From: Elsinoe ampelina
Taxonomy: Eukaryota
Assembly: GCA_010093995.1 (NCBI GenBank)
Contig: ML992503.1
Location: 735,234-799,233 of the forward strand
Direction: 5' to 3'
Length of the DNA stretch: 64,000 nucleotides
The translations under genes and the position numbers were made by a program. Of the stretch, positions 56,969 through 64,000 are shown one piece after another. Under the pieces are notes generated by a model. The model was not told where the DNA came from and did no database searches. It worked only from the letters and a program-made list of their open reading frames with translations. The number at the start of each line of letters is the position of its first letter. The stretch's first letter is position 1.

Positions 56969-58591
56969 TCACATGACCAGTGACGACCTCCAATCCCGAG
57001 TCGGAGCTCTACATCGTTGCCATACCTGCAGCCTCCGATCTCTCGACTCGAGGAAGCGTAATTGCGCATCATTGACGAGCAATATACAATCCACCCCTGC
57101 AATCGTACACCGACCAGCAAGCTCCATAACAGCCCGCCTCTCGCCCTCGAACCATTCCTCCGTCGATTCCAAGACAAGCAGCTCCAGAGCTTGGAACCGG
57201 TCCTTCTGTGTACCAATCAGGTGTGTTAGCTCTATGGCCAGCCTGGGAAACGCCTCTGGATATACGTGTAACCAAAGCTGCTCTAGATTGGCTGGTAGCA
57301 TGTCAGCTAGCCGGTACGTGGGCATTGTATTAGTCTCTGGTAGGCTTGTCGAACGCGGCATAAGAATACCGCCGTGCCAAAAACACGCCTTCCACCATTT
57401 GGACAGCGACCAAGTGTCCATGTGCAGCCGCCTGCATGACCAGCTTCTGATATCTCCTAGGCGAGTCCCAACTGTAGTCCAAGCTGACCACGCGTTTTGA
57501 ATGTAGAATGTTATGGTCACCGATACTACGCCGGGAGAAGAGCTTAGAGCCTCCAATACTTCGTGCGGCGGAACGTCTCGGTCCTCGAACTTCCATGACT
57601 GGTCGACCTTCAGAATGAACGTGGTGAGCTTCGGCATGTGAGCAAGCGAGTCCTCGAGGCCTTCGCGCACTTGGTCTCCAAAACTACAACGATCAAGCTC
57701 CAGACGACGCAAAGGGATCGGATCGTGTTGGATGTGGTCATCGCCTACTTGTCCGCAGAGCAATTTTAGATCATGCAGATTGCCCAGCCCGCGAACTGCG
57801 TACACAAGCTCCGCCAGCACCGCGCCTTTCACCACTAGAGTGGTCAACTTGTCCCAACGCTGCAGCTGTGTCTCTGATATGCCACCTGTCGGTGCATTCC
57901 TTGAAAGAAATATCTTGTCACGTACGTGGCCGCTCAATGCTGTCATCATCCACGCTAGGCTACCTTTATGGAAAGACTCCAGCCCCATCGACTGACTGGA
58001 TCGTGACCGTGACTCGTAAATGGACAATCGGACGACTGTGCTAGCAACCAGCGCGAGCACGACTGCCGAGTATGCGCTGCCATAGGTGTCGGCAAAGGCA
58101 AGTGCAGACTTCCAAGATGGATTATGATGGCCACTGACGACACCATCTATCCCATCATCGACTGCCTCACTAACCTGGTCCGGGATTGCATGTGGCTGGA
58201 AGCCAGTCTTGCGACGAGTCTTCAAGCTGGGATGATAGGCGACGATCCGTAAGTGTTTGACCTGCCTGCGTAGATCCGGCCGTGCAACCAGCGTTTTCAC
58301 GATGTCGATGAGGTGTGGCCAGTCACGGCTCGGTGGCGTGCGAGGCCGCTTTCGTGTATGCGCCGTCGCGGCTTCGTCTACTTCGTAGCAAGCACATTGC
58401 ATTTGGTCAGTCGGAAGCATCAGTCTAGTCTTGCTCTTGATGTCCAGCGTTTCCCAGGCTCGACGCTGGTACCGAGCCTTCAGTAATCTTGAGGTTCGAG
58501 AGACTGCGGTTAGGCATCGATTGCACTCCAGCGAGTCGAACACGCAGTAGAGGACATCCCAAGGTAGGTCGGAGATTAGGCTTGAATTCAT
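56969..58591 (-). CDS. F-box-like / degenerate LRR protein (paralog 1)
   Basis: ISDLPWDVLYCVFDSL..LTAVSRTSR, LRRQVKHLRI, LRRLELDRC, MLPANLEQLWL; paralogous to 60589-62238. Confidence 0.75.
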   Translation of the reverse strand: MNSSLISDLPWDVLYCVFDSLECNRCLTAVSRTSRLLKARYQRRAWETLDIKSKTRLMLPTDQMQCACYEVDEAATAHTRKRPRTPPSRDWPHLIDIVKTLVARPDLRRQVKHLRIVAYHPSLKTRRKTGFQPHAIPDQVSEAVDDGIDGVVSGHHNPSWKSALAFADTYGSAYSAVVLALVASTVVRLSIYESRSRSSQSMGLESFHKGSLAWMMTALSGHVRDKIFLSRNAPTGGISETQLQRWDKLTTLVVKGAVLAELVYAVRGLGNLHDLKLLCGQVGDDHIQHDPIPLRRLELDRCSFGDQVREGLEDSLAHMPKLTTFILKVDQSWKFEDRDVPPHEVLEALSSSPGVVSVTITFYIQNAWSAWTTVGTRLGDIRSWSCRRLHMDTWSLSKWWKACFWHGGILMPRSTSLPETNTMPTYRLADMLPANLEQLWLHVYPEAFPRLAIELTHLIGTQKDRFQALELLVLESTEEWFEGERRAVMELAGRCTIAGVDCILLVNDAQLRFLESRDRRLQVWQRCRAPTRDWRSSLVM

Positions 58592-58860
58592 GGTTATTGC
58601 TGAGATGTGCGAAGCGCAGAGATGAGAGCAGACTCGGATTGCATGCGAAACCGAGTGGCCTTTCTTTAAGGCGCTTGTGCGACCTGCACCCAACCGAGAA
58701 CAGCACATCAAGTAGCACAAAGCGGCACGCCCCTCCTCAAGCAACTACCACACTGCGGATCCAGAAGACACATCAGCGAATGAGACATGCATGTAACAAA
58801 GGCCACCAATCTATCCCTCCATTTCCAAAGAGGCCAACCCGAGCATGCGCCGCCGCCAGA

Positions 58861-58892
58861 ACCACCACCACCACCACCACCACCACCACCAC
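58861..58892 (+). repeat. (ACC)n microsatellite
   Basis: About 10 perfect ACC units just downstream of the GH16 stop codon. Confidence 0.95.
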
Positions 58893-58896
58893 ATGC

Positions 58897-59781
58897 CTAT
58901 GAATTATACACCGCCACATAATCCACCAACATCGGCCGCCCAGGCACCGTCCCATTCGTCGGCGTCGAAACATTCGTCAACGCATTCGGAAAAGTCCCTC
59001 CCATCGCCAAATTCAGCAAAACAAAATGGCCCTCATGAATCGCCTGCTCCCACGTCTCCCTCCCCACCACCGTCTCCGTGACATTATGGTAATACTCCCC
59101 ATCGACAAACCACCTCACGGTCTCCGGTCTGCGTGTCCGATCCACCTCGATAGCGTAGACATGCCAGTTGCCCGGACACGGCGAGTTGGGACACGCTTGG
59201 TTGGCGCCGAGACCGCTGGGTTCGTTGCAGGGTCCGCCCGGGTTGATGCCGCAGTGCATGACGCCAAAGTGTCTGTCCTCCCCGTTCAAGTTTTCCATGA
59301 TGTCTAGCTCGCCGATGCTGGGCCAGTTCTGGTAGTTGCCTCGCAGGTCACGCCCGAGGGTCCAGAACGCGGCCCAGTACCCCAGTGCTTCGCGGCCGGA
59401 GACGTCGGGGGTTTGGATGCGCGCTTGGATGCGCATCTTGCCTCCTTTGCGGGCTTTGAAGTTTGTGCGTTGGGTTTCGATGCGGGCGGAGGTCCAGGTG
59501 CCGTTGGGGGAGCGGAGGGGGGTGATTTGGAGGTTGCCGTCGCCTGTCAGGCGGAGGTTGGCGGGGTCGTCCGTGTAGTATTGGGCTTCGCCGTTGCCCC
59601 AGTTTGGTGGGCCGCCGGGGTAGCTGGTGCCGATGTCGATGATCCAGTCGTCTTTGTTGGGGAGGGTGCCGAAGGGGCCGGTGAAGTCGTCTGACCAGGT
59701 GAGGTTGAAGCCACGGATCGTGGGGATAGCGAGGACAGGGGTAAAGATGGTGAGGAAGGTCAAGGGAGTGTGGAGAAACAT
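58897..59781 (-). CDS. Secreted GH16 endo-1,3(4)-beta-glucanase (laminarinase-like)
   Basis: Signal peptide MFLHTPLTFLTIFTPVLA; WSDDF, WTSARIET, WAAFWTLG, catalytic WPSIGELDIME, LNLAMGG, MLVDYVAVY. Confidence 0.93.
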   Translation of the reverse strand: MFLHTPLTFLTIFTPVLAIPTIRGFNLTWSDDFTGPFGTLPNKDDWIIDIGTSYPGGPPNWGNGEAQYYTDDPANLRLTGDGNLQITPLRSPNGTWTSARIETQRTNFKARKGGKMRIQARIQTPDVSGREALGYWAAFWTLGRDLRGNYQNWPSIGELDIMENLNGEDRHFGVMHCGINPGGPCNEPSGLGANQACPNSPCPGNWHVYAIEVDRTRRPETVRWFVDGEYYHNVTETVVGRETWEQAIHEGHFVLLNLAMGGTFPNALTNVSTPTNGTVPGRPMLVDYVAVYNS

Positions 59782-60588
59782 GGTGGTGATGGTGGGATAC
59801 CTCTTATAGCGAGTGAAATGAATGAGATTGCTGAACGAAGGACAAAGAAATGGAAGGAATGGATTCCGGTCTGACAGAATAGTGTTTGTTTGGGTAGGTC
59901 TTGAAAAATATCGGCTGTATAATAATGATCTGCAGCGAGGGTCGACCAAGAGTAGGCCCTGGTTAGGGCTGAACAGTTGTGTATTGTCGACTCTGGGCGA
60001 TTTAACATACTGAAATGATTCTCCAAAGAAGTCTCTCTGACCAGTCGTGTGCAATCGCAGATGGCTCATTCCATTGAAGAAAATTGCTGGTAGTATATTT
60101 TATGTTATGGTCTTACGCCATCGGCACGCACTCAAGTACCCGCTGGTAAAGATGCAAGCATGATTCTCCAGCGAATCACTAGCGACGGCGACGGCGTGAA
60201 AGGTTGATTTGTGGTTCCAGCTCATCCGATAGGAAGACGTGGTATACATATATACCTACAAGAGACCTGGGAAAACATAACACTGTTCATGCTCGGGGGT
60301 GTTACTAATGCACCTACAACAAGATCCCAAGCGGGTCTACTCGTTTCGCAGACCATGCGCTGCACTCGAGATCTCCGTGACTCGATAAATGCTAACGGAC
60401 CGAAGTCTTGACTATTCCCTCGGCTGGCTCGGCCTTCTTCCTCAATATCGTTGCAATTTGCCACAGCTCTGAAGGCAATGAGACACAATGGTCGATGGCT
60501 CGAGTGAGAGCACGGTAGTCTTCCTCGATACTCCACCGGCCTGGTAGGGTCCAATGGACATCACATCCGACGGTCTGCGGTCATACCA

Positions 60589-63182
<2,594 letters not shown>

Positions 63183-64000
63183 GGTGGTGGTCATCAGGGG
63201 CTGGTATAGGGGTTCTGGTAGGCACTTCGGGCGTCGGCGTTCGGGCATCAGCCGGAAGCATTTTGATATCAGGCAGCGTGAGATCACACGAAACGAGAAC
63301 CAGTTTACGCCATATTCAATATGGCCCTACGCTATAATTGTCGTCAGGCCATGCATTGAGCAATTGGAGGTCGTGCGAGATGAAGCAAAAATGAGCTCAT
63401 TGCATGTACAGGGGTATCATGTGCAGCCTACTTGAGGCCGCTGAAATCCAGTAAAAGGTACATACTGGCAGATCAGAGCTACAAATCACCATAATGCAAA
63501 AGTTAGGTTTGTCTTCCATTCATCTGCTGTGTTGGCCCGCACGTGATCTGTGTCCAAATTCTGGGGCGCAAACTCCTCCGCGAAACACTTTCAATTTTTG
63601 CCACAACATCGACGAAGGTTTCATTTGTGACTGTGACTCGAGCGGACACAAGCGCTATCTATGCTGTAGGCACGAGTGATGGGCTACAATTCATGCAGAA
63701 ACTCATTGGTGTCTCAGTTCGGTCCCCAAAGACTGTCAGCGAAATGCTGCAGGCGATCATGTTGTCCTGGCAGGAGCAACTGAAGTACCATCGTGCCTGC
63801 CCTCCATGACAGTCCGGTTTTGCAAGCTGTCCTGGGTCATCCTTGATATGCTCCCATCCTTGACAGTCTTTACTAGTGCACATCGTCCCCTCGTCCACCT
63901 TCCTGTCATACGCGCTGAACTACCCATCATTTCAACCTTGTTGAATCGGAGGTGGATTCTCAGACTATCGCGCCTGTACAGCACTGCCGAAACCTCTCGG

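Noticed and set aside
63400..64000. Cys-rich short ORFs and a TACAGGGGT Tc1-like start at ~63407
   Set aside because: No matching second TIR or convincing gene model within the window.

Overview
Filamentous-ascomycete (Pezizomycotina-type) genomic DNA with three zones. (1) 1-~10400 is gene-rich: a partial Thr/Pro/Val repeat protein, an Oxidored-like protein, ETR1, three hypothetical ORFs and a GH43. (2) ~10420-44580 is AT-rich and heavily RIP-mutated, with no intact ORF. Reading it with RIP reversed (TpA back to CpA/TpG) resolves three nested elements with identifiable ends. The outermost is a ~3.2-kb two-gene Tc1/IS630-like DD34E transposon (10619-44578, TA TSD), inserted in the stop codon of a host gene. 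Inside its transposase gene is a ~24-kb (30.8 kb with its insert) TIR-bounded Plavaka-family DNA transposon (10692-41473, AA TSD). This carries a SNF2-like helicase gene, a diverged and apparently catalytically dead paralog, BTB-like genes and unknown cargo genes. Inside that is a complete 7-kb Ty3/Gypsy chromovirus (17050-24067, TTCTT TSD). (3) 44580-64000 is gene-rich again: F-box-like gene, GH51, NRAMP, GNAT, an ankyrin pseudogene with a probable Tc1 excision footprint, SDR, a tRNA-like Pol III element, a cerato-platanin-like protein, two F-box/LRR-like paralogs, GH16 and DPM1. All motif calls in the RIP block are manual translations; no database searches were run.
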